DNA of 54,421 nucleotides from a virus (Duplodnaviria; Caudoviricetes): IMG/VR virus record IMGVR_UViG_3300049737_000325, positions 1 to 54,421 of that record; one strand, 5' to 3'. Shown piece by piece: positions 46,642 to 54,421 of this stretch (position 1 is its first letter; each line of letters starts with the position of its first letter). The notes under the pieces were generated by a model. It saw only the letters and a program-made list of their open reading frames with translations, ran no database searches and was not told where the DNA came from. The position numbers and the translations under genes were made by a program.

Positions 46642-48753
46642 TTACCAAGCGTAATCAAATCCTTCGATTTTAGCTATTTTTTCTTTAAGTGATAAAGCGT
46701 AATTCTTAATCTCTCTTTTATACCAAGATTCAGATGAACCAAATCTTTTTTCAGATTCTTCTTCTTGTCTAACATAATCACAGTATCTAGAATAATCATC
46801 TAATATATTTGACATGTGATTAGAAGCATCTCTAAGTTTTACTTCTTTACCTTTTGCGTTTTCACCAATTTTGATTTCCTCATATCTAGTCTTTTTACCA
46901 CTAGCTAAACCTGCTTTAATTTGATCGGTTAACTGGTCGATTGCATCTGCTACCATTTTATCTAATGGCATTGTTGCAGCCTTAGTAGCTAGAATTTGGT
47001 GGTATCTGTCGTTGTTAGCTTTCTTAAAGTCTTTATCATTTGTAAATGCAATTGCACCACGTTTAGCTTCAGCTCTAGCTGCTCTTAATTGTGCAGTAGA
47101 ATACTTTTGTCTAATTAGGTCTAGGTTAATAACAAGAACTCTATCAGAAACTTCTGCGATTCTTTTACCATTATTAAGTCCAGTTCCTGACCAGCCTCTG
47201 TATTTATGTGATACACCAACTTGGCCATCTTTACCTTTTTTACCGTCTTTCTTAAATGATTTATTTCTTGAATATCTAGACCAGTCATTAGTATAGAATT
47301 CTCTATCACCAGACATTGCTGCTATTAAAAGACCTCCACCTGGTACAGTTTTTAAAGCACCATAACCAGCATCATAAGGAGTATATGGATTTTCTTTTTC
47401 GTTATCAGATATAAAGAATAGTATATGCTTTGATCCACCGTGTTCTTTAAACACCTTAGTTGGATCATTACTTACGATCATATCCTCATCACCTACTTTA
47501 TCTAATGCAACCTGAGCTAATTGGTAAAAACCACCAGCTAGTGACTTTAAATTTTGCTTACCGTATTTACCTTCTTTGTTACTCATCAAAACGCTAGCTA
47601 GTAAGCTACTACCTAATGCTTCGTTTAAGAATCCGTTTGCTCCAATAAAGTCAGAGAATGATTCATGTAAAAATGTATTTTCCATATCTGTTGTTTGTGT
47701 TTTAATATTTTCTAGAAGACCGATAGCAATACCATTGACTTCTCTATCTCCTTTGTCAACATACTTTTTATTAAGGATCATAAAGGTAAATCCATCTGCT
47801 GTTACTTGGTAATGTGGCATCATGCCTGTACCAAAGTCGTATTTATATTTAGCTGCTTTTAATTCTTTACCAACGTCCATAAATGATTTAGCTTTACCTA
47901 CTAATTCAGCAAGCTTATCTAAGTGTGTTCCAGCGTCATCCTTTTCGTTAACTACTGATTCGTCAATACCTTTGTAAATTAAAGTGTCCCAATGAACATC
48001 TTCTACCTCATCTCTATAATCAGCATATACGTCAACTTCCCAATTACCACCTTCTTGATCTACTCCCATGAAATAAAGATCTTTACCCTCATTACCGTGG
48101 TCATCAATTACATCATAGTCGTCAAATTCTATTTCGTATTTTTTACCTTTATATTTAACAACAGCATTAGGCCAATCAGATTTTGTAACCTTAATCTTTT
48201 CTTCTAGTTTTTCAGCGTTAGCCTCTTCAATATACTCTCCAAGTTCTGGATCGTCCCATCCATTAGGAGATGCTAAAACTGATTGTAGATCTTCTCTTGA
48301 ACCTGTTAGCTCAACTTCTGGCCAACCACTCGGTCCACTAGGATCTAGAATTTCCATTGTAACTTTATGTTTCTTTAAAAGTTTTTTAAGTGTCTTTGAT
48401 TTAGGATCCATTGCATCCATAACTACAGTAGCTTCACATATAGGAAAAGCCCTTAATGTAGGTAAGTCTAATTCGCTTAGAATTCTAAGACCCCACTTTG
48501 AAAGTTTAATACCATCTTCAGAAACATTAAAATATTTTGAATTAGTATTTCTCCATCTATTAGGACTTGCAGATACTTTTGAAATTATTTTAGAAAACTC
48601 TTCTTCAGTAATTACACCATCTTTCACTGCCTTTAAAACTTCATTTCTAACGCTAGCAGTTTTTCCAACAGTAGATGCTGGGTGGTTTTCAGTATATTTT
48701 CTTTTAATTGTTATTTTCTTACCTTCTTTTAAGAAGTCTTCTAAGTTTTTCAT
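46642..48753 (-). CDS. putative internal head polyprotein
   Basis: N-terminus MKNLEDFLKE; compact domains separated by ICEA, IEEA, IDES/VNEK, LHES, LNEA. Confidence 0.6.
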   Translation of the reverse strand: MKNLEDFLKEGKKITIKRKYTENHPASTVGKTASVRNEVLKAVKDGVITEEEFSKIISKVSASPNRWRNTNSKYFNVSEDGIKLSKWGLRILSELDLPTLRAFPICEATVVMDAMDPKSKTLKKLLKKHKVTMEILDPSGPSGWPEVELTGSREDLQSVLASPNGWDDPELGEYIEEANAEKLEEKIKVTKSDWPNAVVKYKGKKYEIEFDDYDVIDDHGNEGKDLYFMGVDQEGGNWEVDVYADYRDEVEDVHWDTLIYKGIDESVVNEKDDAGTHLDKLAELVGKAKSFMDVGKELKAAKYKYDFGTGMMPHYQVTADGFTFMILNKKYVDKGDREVNGIAIGLLENIKTQTTDMENTFLHESFSDFIGANGFLNEALGSSLLASVLMSNKEGKYGKQNLKSLAGGFYQLAQVALDKVGDEDMIVSNDPTKVFKEHGGSKHILFFISDNEKENPYTPYDAGYGALKTVPGGGLLIAAMSGDREFYTNDWSRYSRNKSFKKDGKKGKDGQVGVSHKYRGWSGTGLNNGKRIAEVSDRVLVINLDLIRQKYSTAQLRAARAEAKRGAIAFTNDKDFKKANNDRYHQILATKAATMPLDKMVADAIDQLTDQIKAGLASGKKTRYEEIKIGENAKGKEVKLRDASNHMSNILDDYSRYCDYVRQEEESEKRFGSSESWYKREIKNYALSLKEKIAKIEGFDYAW

Positions 48754-48755
48754 GA

Positions 48756-49172
48756 TTATTTAGCTTTAATTTTTGCTTGATGGCCATTAGTTTCTGTATA
48801 CTGAAATGCAAATTTAGACTTTGCAAATAAAGTACCCATTGTAAAGGAAATAAAAGTACCTTCTGGATTTTTCATTGCTATATTGTATGCATCCCCAGCA
48901 GAAGCTTCATCATCAAAAATACCAATAATATTCTTTGAGGTTGCAGATCCCATTCTAATTTCACCTTGTAATCTAACAGATTGACCATTAAAATCTACAT
49001 TGTTATGTGCCATTAATAAATACTTAGTTGCACCCTTTTCTGGAAGGTTATCAGCATGTTCGCCAAATTCAGTTCTAGTATTAAAGTAATAAGATCCAAA
49101 TGGTATTGATTCGTTTACTTCTTCGTTTCTTACGTTTCCAGTAAAGCTTTCGAAAGATTCTATATTATTCAT
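48756..49172 (-). CDS. hypothetical, putative internal head protein
   Basis: N-terminus MNNIESFESF...VNES; AATATATA promoter variant upstream. Confidence 0.55.
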   Translation of the reverse strand: MNNIESFESFTGNVRNEEVNESIPFGSYYFNTRTEFGEHADNLPEKGATKYLLMAHNNVDFNGQSVRLQGEIRMGSATSKNIIGIFDDEASAGDAYNIAMKNPEGTFISFTMGTLFAKSKFAFQYTETNGHQAKIKAK

Positions 49173-49190
49173 ATTAATATTCTATTTTGT

Positions 49191-51050
49191 TTATATATTC
49201 TTAATAAATTTATTGAATGTTTGAAACTCTATCTCGCTAGATTCTGCCACTACTCCAACAGAGTCTTCCAGTTTAGACTTTAATTCAGCATACATATTAT
49301 GTAATGCCTTTGGCGTTAACTTCTTAAAGAGTTTCTCATCACCATCTAACATTGCATTTCTTACTTGAGTTGCTGAAATATTCTTACCTGTTCTAGGGAT
49401 TTCAAATAAACCAAAATCATCTCTAACTCCTAAGTCATCTCTATATTCTTGCTTATCTACTTGATAACCATAAGTCTTCATTCTATCACTTCCTGTTCCC
49501 CATAATACTGGTTCGTATTTTGGTCTCATTGCATTAAACATAGTGTCAATACCTCCAGTTGGAATTACGAAAACTTCTTCAATTGGATATTTAGATTTTA
49601 AAGAGTTAATCATTGCTACTTGAGTTGCCTCATCATAAGGTCTTTTAAATGCATCCTCTTTTTTCTTGTTCTTAGCTTTTACTAATAAGATTACTACCGG
49701 GTGTCCATTTTGCTTATGAATAGTTTCGACTACTTTAGCATGGCCTAGTGTAAATGGTTGGAATCTACCAACAAACATATTAACTAATTTCTTACCTTGT
49801 TCTGGGTAATCTACTTTTAACGCTTCAGTAATTGGACTTACTTGAGTGCTAATTTTCTTATTAAGTAAATATTGATTAAAATTCATGACATCATTTTCGT
49901 TAGCTTCTGCCATGATTAAAGAGTCTATCTTTTCTATAATTGAATTAATGTTATTCATTAGATCTGCATTAATAAGATCTGTCTCTTTATTTCTTTTCTT
50001 TCTAAAACTACCTAATGTTATTTTAAATAATTCGGAAAGTATTTTATCTTGTACTAGAGTTAGTGTTTTTTCGTTCTGTAAAAACTTATGATTTAATTCA
50101 AACATAGGTGATTCTGAAAAATCTGCAGAATCAAATTTAGCACCAATATATTTAGTTGCGTTCTTTTCAATATAGTTATTAAAAACTTCTGACATTAATT
50201 CTAAATATCTTTTGTCAGTTTCCTCTTCTGTTAATTTAATATCTTCAAATTCAAATTGAGTTAAGTGTTCTACAATATCTAATATTGTAATTTGATACAT
50301 GTCAGATGGTTTTCTATCTTCGCTTGGTTTTTTATTAAACTTCTCTAGTTTAAATGATTGTAAAGATTTGCCATCATGAAAATTAACTATAAATCCTGCA
50401 ACATCCTTTGAAAGATTATTCATTAAAGTAGATTGCTTCATGTTCTCATTAAATATACTAAATACAGCTCTTGTAAATGAAGGCTTATCTTTATCTTCAA
50501 ACGTCTGTTCAAATTCATTGATTGACATTGATAACATTCTTTTAAGCGCATCTTTTTGGCCTGAATGTAATTGACCTTCAAATATTACTGGAGGTGGACC
50601 AACTTCTAATATGCCTGCCCACTTCATAAGTACTTTACTATCTCTAATTACCTTTCTAACCTTATTAGGATTAGAAGGCTGCATTACTTGTATATGTGTT
50701 AAGATTAAATTGGATTTAGGTAATATGTCATATTCTATATCCATTGTTTTACTATCACCAACATATTCAAATCCAAATTTCCAATCAAATGGCATATCAT
50801 CAACAGAGTCTTTTGATACAGATTTAAAGTGTCTAATTGCATTTTCATAATATCTAACAATAGTACGATCTACTACATTCATAGGATCTTTAGATCCTGA
50901 TTTATAGTATAAAAAACCATTACCATTTCTTTGAACATGAAATGATGAACCATTAATTTTTTCAGTTACAATACATTTGTTACTTAATAATGTATCAATG
51001 TCTGAAATATTAGCTCCTTCAAAATATGTTTTTAAATTATGTAGTGCCAT
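49191..51050 (-). CDS. RNA-ligase-like domain fused to a HIGH-family (cytidyltransferase-like) nucleotidyltransferase
   Basis: N-terminal TEKINGSSF (ligase motif I); C-terminal GRFQPFTLGH, GSDR, ISATQVR. Confidence 0.7.
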   Translation of the reverse strand: MALHNLKTYFEGANISDIDTLLSNKCIVTEKINGSSFHVQRNGNGFLYYKSGSKDPMNVVDRTIVRYYENAIRHFKSVSKDSVDDMPFDWKFGFEYVGDSKTMDIEYDILPKSNLILTHIQVMQPSNPNKVRKVIRDSKVLMKWAGILEVGPPPVIFEGQLHSGQKDALKRMLSMSINEFEQTFEDKDKPSFTRAVFSIFNENMKQSTLMNNLSKDVAGFIVNFHDGKSLQSFKLEKFNKKPSEDRKPSDMYQITILDIVEHLTQFEFEDIKLTEEETDKRYLELMSEVFNNYIEKNATKYIGAKFDSADFSESPMFELNHKFLQNEKTLTLVQDKILSELFKITLGSFRKKRNKETDLINADLMNNINSIIEKIDSLIMAEANENDVMNFNQYLLNKKISTQVSPITEALKVDYPEQGKKLVNMFVGRFQPFTLGHAKVVETIHKQNGHPVVILLVKAKNKKKEDAFKRPYDEATQVAMINSLKSKYPIEEVFVIPTGGIDTMFNAMRPKYEPVLWGTGSDRMKTYGYQVDKQEYRDDLGVRDDFGLFEIPRTGKNISATQVRNAMLDGDEKLFKKLTPKALHNMYAELKSKLEDSVGVVAESSEIEFQTFNKFIKNI

Positions 51051-52321
51051 TATCTTCCGTATTTTATGATACCCATTAGCTGGTTAATCGCAGCAAAAGT
51101 ACCTGTTAGTTTAAAGGTTTTTCCTTTAAATTTAAAGACCACGCCTTCTGTTGGGATGATCGACTCAATACCACCAATTCCCTCTAGTCTTTTTAGTTCT
51201 TTTTCAACCTTTTCAATTTGAGTAAGGTCGCCATTCTTTTTAATCTTGCCAGCTTCAGTTCTAATCTGATTATGTAATCTTGCTTTTTCAGCATCTGGAT
51301 TAGCAGCTACAAAATTAGAAGCGTTCTTTAAAACATCTGCACCTAACTCTAAAAATAGATTCTCAAAAGGTAAAATGTTTTCTTTATACTTCTTATTTCT
51401 TTGACCATCAAAATCTTTAACAGCCTTATTTTGTTCCGGTGTTAATTCCTTCTTTAATGCAGTTAACTTAAGTGTCTTCTTATCTAAGTAAGCCCATCTT
51501 AAAAGTAAACCCTCTTTATGTGCAGGGTCTAGGTCTGCAAAATTCTCTTCGATTTGGCTTCTCCACCACATCTCGTGATACATTTTAACCTCATCTTGAT
51601 CTGATAGACTATAAGTATCTCTCAGTTTATTTATTGCCTTTTCGTAATAGCCGACTCTCTCATCAAAGTTAATGTCTTTTCCTAACTTTAAAATTTGAGG
51701 GGGAATTATTGTAAACGTCTTTTGAACATCTGACTTTAATTCTTTAAGAGCTTTAACTAAATCACCAGCAACATTTTGCTTTCCAGTTTGATTACCTTCA
51801 CCATCAGTCTCTACAATACCATGAAATTGTATAACATCTCTGTCATAATAGATAACATTAGGATTTTTAGAGTAAATTAGTTCCATATTAACGAAATTCA
51901 ATCCGTTGGCGAACATTGATTGATCCTTAAGCGCTGGGAGCGCCTCTGCTAGATCTTTAGCAGCAAAGATATATGTTTCTTCAACCAGCTTTGACGCGTG
52001 GCCAGTAAACATCTTAATGATACCATTTAGGTCTAGTGGATTTATCATTTGCCCTTTATTTCTGGCAAACATTGCTTGACCATCTTTTACAGTTGCAAAT
52101 AGGTTTTGACCATCAGTCTTTTCAGTTGCAGCCTCTTCGAAATCTAACCCACCTTGTAATGAAGATTTAACAATAATCTTGAAATCTGCAAAAGTTAATG
52201 AGTGGTCATCGAAAGGGTGCATCATGTGTCCTGCTGCTCCACCTTCAAATATGAAATCCTCCAAGCTGTTCACCTGGAGTTTCTCGTTTAAAAATTCTGT
52301 AAAATTAGTGTATATCTTCAT
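51050..52321 (-). CDS. RNA/DNA ligase-fold nucleotidyltransferase-like protein
   Basis: TEKTDGQN (motif I), EGVVF (IV), FKLTG (V); EGGAAGHMMHPFD after the N-terminal MKIYTNFTEFLNE. Confidence 0.6.
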   Translation of the reverse strand: MKIYTNFTEFLNEKLQVNSLEDFIFEGGAAGHMMHPFDDHSLTFADFKIIVKSSLQGGLDFEEAATEKTDGQNLFATVKDGQAMFARNKGQMINPLDLNGIIKMFTGHASKLVEETYIFAAKDLAEALPALKDQSMFANGLNFVNMELIYSKNPNVIYYDRDVIQFHGIVETDGEGNQTGKQNVAGDLVKALKELKSDVQKTFTIIPPQILKLGKDINFDERVGYYEKAINKLRDTYSLSDQDEVKMYHEMWWRSQIEENFADLDPAHKEGLLLRWAYLDKKTLKLTALKKELTPEQNKAVKDFDGQRNKKYKENILPFENLFLELGADVLKNASNFVAANPDAEKARLHNQIRTEAGKIKKNGDLTQIEKVEKELKRLEGIGGIESIIPTEGVVFKFKGKTFKLTGTFAAINQLMGIIKYGR

Positions 52322-52329
52322 AAGAAGTC

Positions 52330-53523
52330 TTAGGCTTTTTCAGTTTCTTCAACTTCTTCTTTTATTACTGGGAAGTTCTTTCCGTTAAATTCAAATTCTT
52401 CAGCATCTTCTTCAATTGCTTTTGCTCTTGCTGCTAAAAATGCATTACCTTCATTCATTACAGACTCATTAGCCCATATCAATTCAAATGCATCTACAAT
52501 TTTTTGAGCAGTATCACTATGTCCGAATCCGTCTAAGAATAAAGCCATACCTTCAACAATACCGATACCTGACCATCCTGCAGCGTTTGCCATGAATGCT
52601 CCTTTATCATCTAATAAATTAATGATTGTCTTTTTACCAACTGGAACTGACATACCACCAAGGCTATCAAGTTCTACCATTACGGTTGTGATCTTACCTT
52701 TGATTGCTTTACTTACTGGATCTCTATAAGAGTGGAAGTTAGCATCTGTTAAAGCCTCTGCCATCATATATTTACATACTCCTAAAATAACGCCAGGTGC
52801 TGCTAACGCAGGGTGCTCCATAAAGAATTTCTCTATTGATTTATTTACTTTCTTAGCATCTCTTGCATTACCTTTACTTGGTTTGAATGCTTCATTAACT
52901 GCAGATTCGCTAACAGTAAGCGACTCGAATGCTGGTAAAAGTCCAGTTTCAGCGTAAACATCTGCCATATACCAGCTGCCATCTCTTTGGTCAAATAAAT
53001 AGACAAATTCAGCACCCCCTTTCTCAGACGCATCTCTTAAAAAATCATTTATTTTTTTAGCATCACCATCTAGTGTGGTTTTATCTCCGTAAAAGTTAAT
53101 CTTACTTGGGTCAGCTTCTAAACCAGAAGCCCCACCTTTCTTTAATAAAGCGCTAACGCCAGATCCATCTTTGTAACCCTTTTTAATAGTAGGTAGCATG
53201 TGGTCTGGATAACCGTCGTAATGCATGTATACTGCAGAAATCTTACCTCTTTTATTGATAATACCTATTTGAGAACGTGTGCCTTCTTCAATAATTGCTA
53301 TTGCTTCTGAAATTTCTGAAGCACCTAGCTTTTCATAGAATTTAGTTTTATCCTCTTCTTTAAGCTCTTTAACAGAAGTTACTCCGAATTCGCTTAATAA
53401 AGATTTAAATTGATTTGCAGCAGTGTCTCTTGCGATTGATTGTTCCTCTTCTACTTTTGCTGCTTTTACAGCTAAATTAGACTTAGCAAAGTCTTGAAAG
53501 GATTGTAGTTTGTGTGAACTCAT
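52330..53523 (-). CDS. putative internal head polyprotein with a GTRS..HYDGYP domain
   Basis: N-terminus LQSFQDF, late promoter at 53564, domains bounded by IIEE, VNEA, ANES/MNEG. Confidence 0.6.
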   Translation of the reverse strand: MSSHKLQSFQDFAKSNLAVKAAKVEEEQSIARDTAANQFKSLLSEFGVTSVKELKEEDKTKFYEKLGASEISEAIAIIEEGTRSQIGIINKRGKISAVYMHYDGYPDHMLPTIKKGYKDGSGVSALLKKGGASGLEADPSKINFYGDKTTLDGDAKKINDFLRDASEKGGAEFVYLFDQRDGSWYMADVYAETGLLPAFESLTVSESAVNEAFKPSKGNARDAKKVNKSIEKFFMEHPALAAPGVILGVCKYMMAEALTDANFHSYRDPVSKAIKGKITTVMVELDSLGGMSVPVGKKTIINLLDDKGAFMANAAGWSGIGIVEGMALFLDGFGHSDTAQKIVDAFELIWANESVMNEGNAFLAARAKAIEEDAEEFEFNGKNFPVIKEEVEETEKA

Positions 53524-53562
53524 TTTTATTAAGTTTATTTTATACTTTCTTGTACTATAGTA

Positions 53563-54420
53563 TTATATATCTCCATCAAATTGCACATTTTTTACCTCAA
53601 ACGGAAACTTCTGTTCCTTATAGATCTTTTGGCGTGCTTTTGAGTGTCGAATTAAATAATTATCCCAATCAGGGGAGGATAAGTCATCTACAAAATCAAT
53701 AATGTTTACCTCTGATTTGGTATGATGTTTTCTTAAACCTCTACCAATTGATTGTCTAATTATGACTTCCGATTTAAACGATTCTGTAAAGAATATGTTG
53801 TGGATTTTATTAATCGAAATACCGGTCGAGAAGGTACCATAAGAGGCAACAATAACCACTTGAGCGCCTGCTTCCATCTTTTTCTTGTATTCTTCTCTAA
53901 TGTCTTTGTCGGTATTTCCATCCACGTAGTATATTGGCTTATCACTATCTTGGCGTAGCTTTTCATATATTCTTTTACCGTGTTCAATCCTGTGGAAAAG
54001 AACAAGACTATTGCCCCGTACTCTGGAAATAATGTTTGTAATGAAAGCAAGACGCCCTGTTGAATTAATAACATAATTGCTTTCAAATTTGTATACATCT
54101 TTGCTCTCATATCTATTTTGGGACATCTCGTAAAAAGCGTTCTTAGTACTTTGTGGAGCATAATCCATTTTTATTACCTTTACATTACAACCAGCAATAT
54201 GGCCTTCATCTTGTAATAGTGCTGCTGTAATTTCTGTAATCACCGGTCCGGTGTGAGCCATTAAGGTTAGTCGATCTAAAGTCTTTGCCTTTGGAATTGT
54301 ACCTGAAAGACCAAACCTATAGTTGGCTGCTGTACATTTCTGTAGGATAGTTTTAATAGAAGTTGATTTAGCCTTATGTGTCTCATCAATAATTACTGCA
54401 TCAAACTGCTCAAAGTATTC
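53563..54420 (-). CDS. uvsW: UvsW-like SF2 DNA helicase (5' part outside window)
   Basis: Frame is open past the track start to the window edge: IIDETH, GLSGT, ASYGTFSTGISI, QSIGRGLR. Confidence 0.92.
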   Translation of the reverse strand, partial: EYFEQFDAVIIDETHKAKSTSIKTILQKCTAANYRFGLSGTIPKAKTLDRLTLMAHTGPVITEITAALLQDEGHIAGCNVKVIKMDYAPQSTKNAFYEMSQNRYESKDVYKFESNYVINSTGRLAFITNIISRVRGNSLVLFHRIEHGKRIYEKLRQDSDKPIYYVDGNTDKDIREEYKKKMEAGAQVVIVASYGTFSTGISINKIHNIFFTESFKSEVIIRQSIGRGLRKHHTKSEVNIIDFVDDLSSPDWDNYLIRHSKARQKIYKEQKFPFEVKNVQFDGDI

Positions 54421-54421
54421 T

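Noticed and set aside
3106-53958. Numerous short plus-strand ORFs (e.g. 3106, 4295, 12974, 22111, 33781, 44489, 45050, 50611)
   Set aside because: Antisense to well-supported minus-strand genes, with Ser/Leu/Phe-rich shadow composition and no promoter motif
53760-54161. 133-aa minus-strand ORF inside uvsW (likewise 19414, 30217, 39247, 47121, 52845)
   Set aside because: Out-of-frame overlaps of conserved genes with no motifs
1-54421. Stop-codon reassignment or alternative genetic code
   Set aside because: Conserved genes are full length and densely packed in the standard code

Overview
A 54.4 kb segment of a large, AT-rich, distantly T4-like myovirus genome, coded almost entirely on the minus strand. 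It contains head/neck/tail morphogenesis genes (gp19, gp18, gp17, gp16, gp14, gp15, gp23, a gp21-gp22 protease/scaffold fusion, gp20, gp2, gp4), the late sigma gp55, and replication/recombination genes (gp44/gp62, RNase H, gp45, gp41, UvsX, UvsW, gp46/47, nrdAB, and a family-B DNA polymerase split into two genes about 4.6 kb apart). A Bacteroidota (flavobacterial-type) host is inferred from a Gln-rule outer-membrane beta-barrel gene, AT-rich leaders without obvious Shine-Dalgarno sites, and the NrdAB type. Best candidates for new biology: (1) a late-expressed block (44.6-53.5 kb) whose products carry T4 internal-protein-like capsid-targeting N-termini and gp21-type cleavage sites, including a tRNA nucleotidyltransferase and two RNA-ligase-fold proteins, i.e. 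a possible virion-packaged, co-injected RNA/tRNA repair kit; (2) a putative DNA-hypermodification operon (all-alpha pyrophosphatase-like protein, SGNH-like protein, amino acid:DNA transferase-like protein, PLP enzyme, dNTPase) just upstream of the polymerase. Three promoter classes can be read directly from the DNA: late GATATATA (14 copies), putative middle (G/T)AAAC-N17/18-TATAA (8 copies), and a 31-bp putative early repeat. All functional calls come from motif recognition by eye; no database searches were run.
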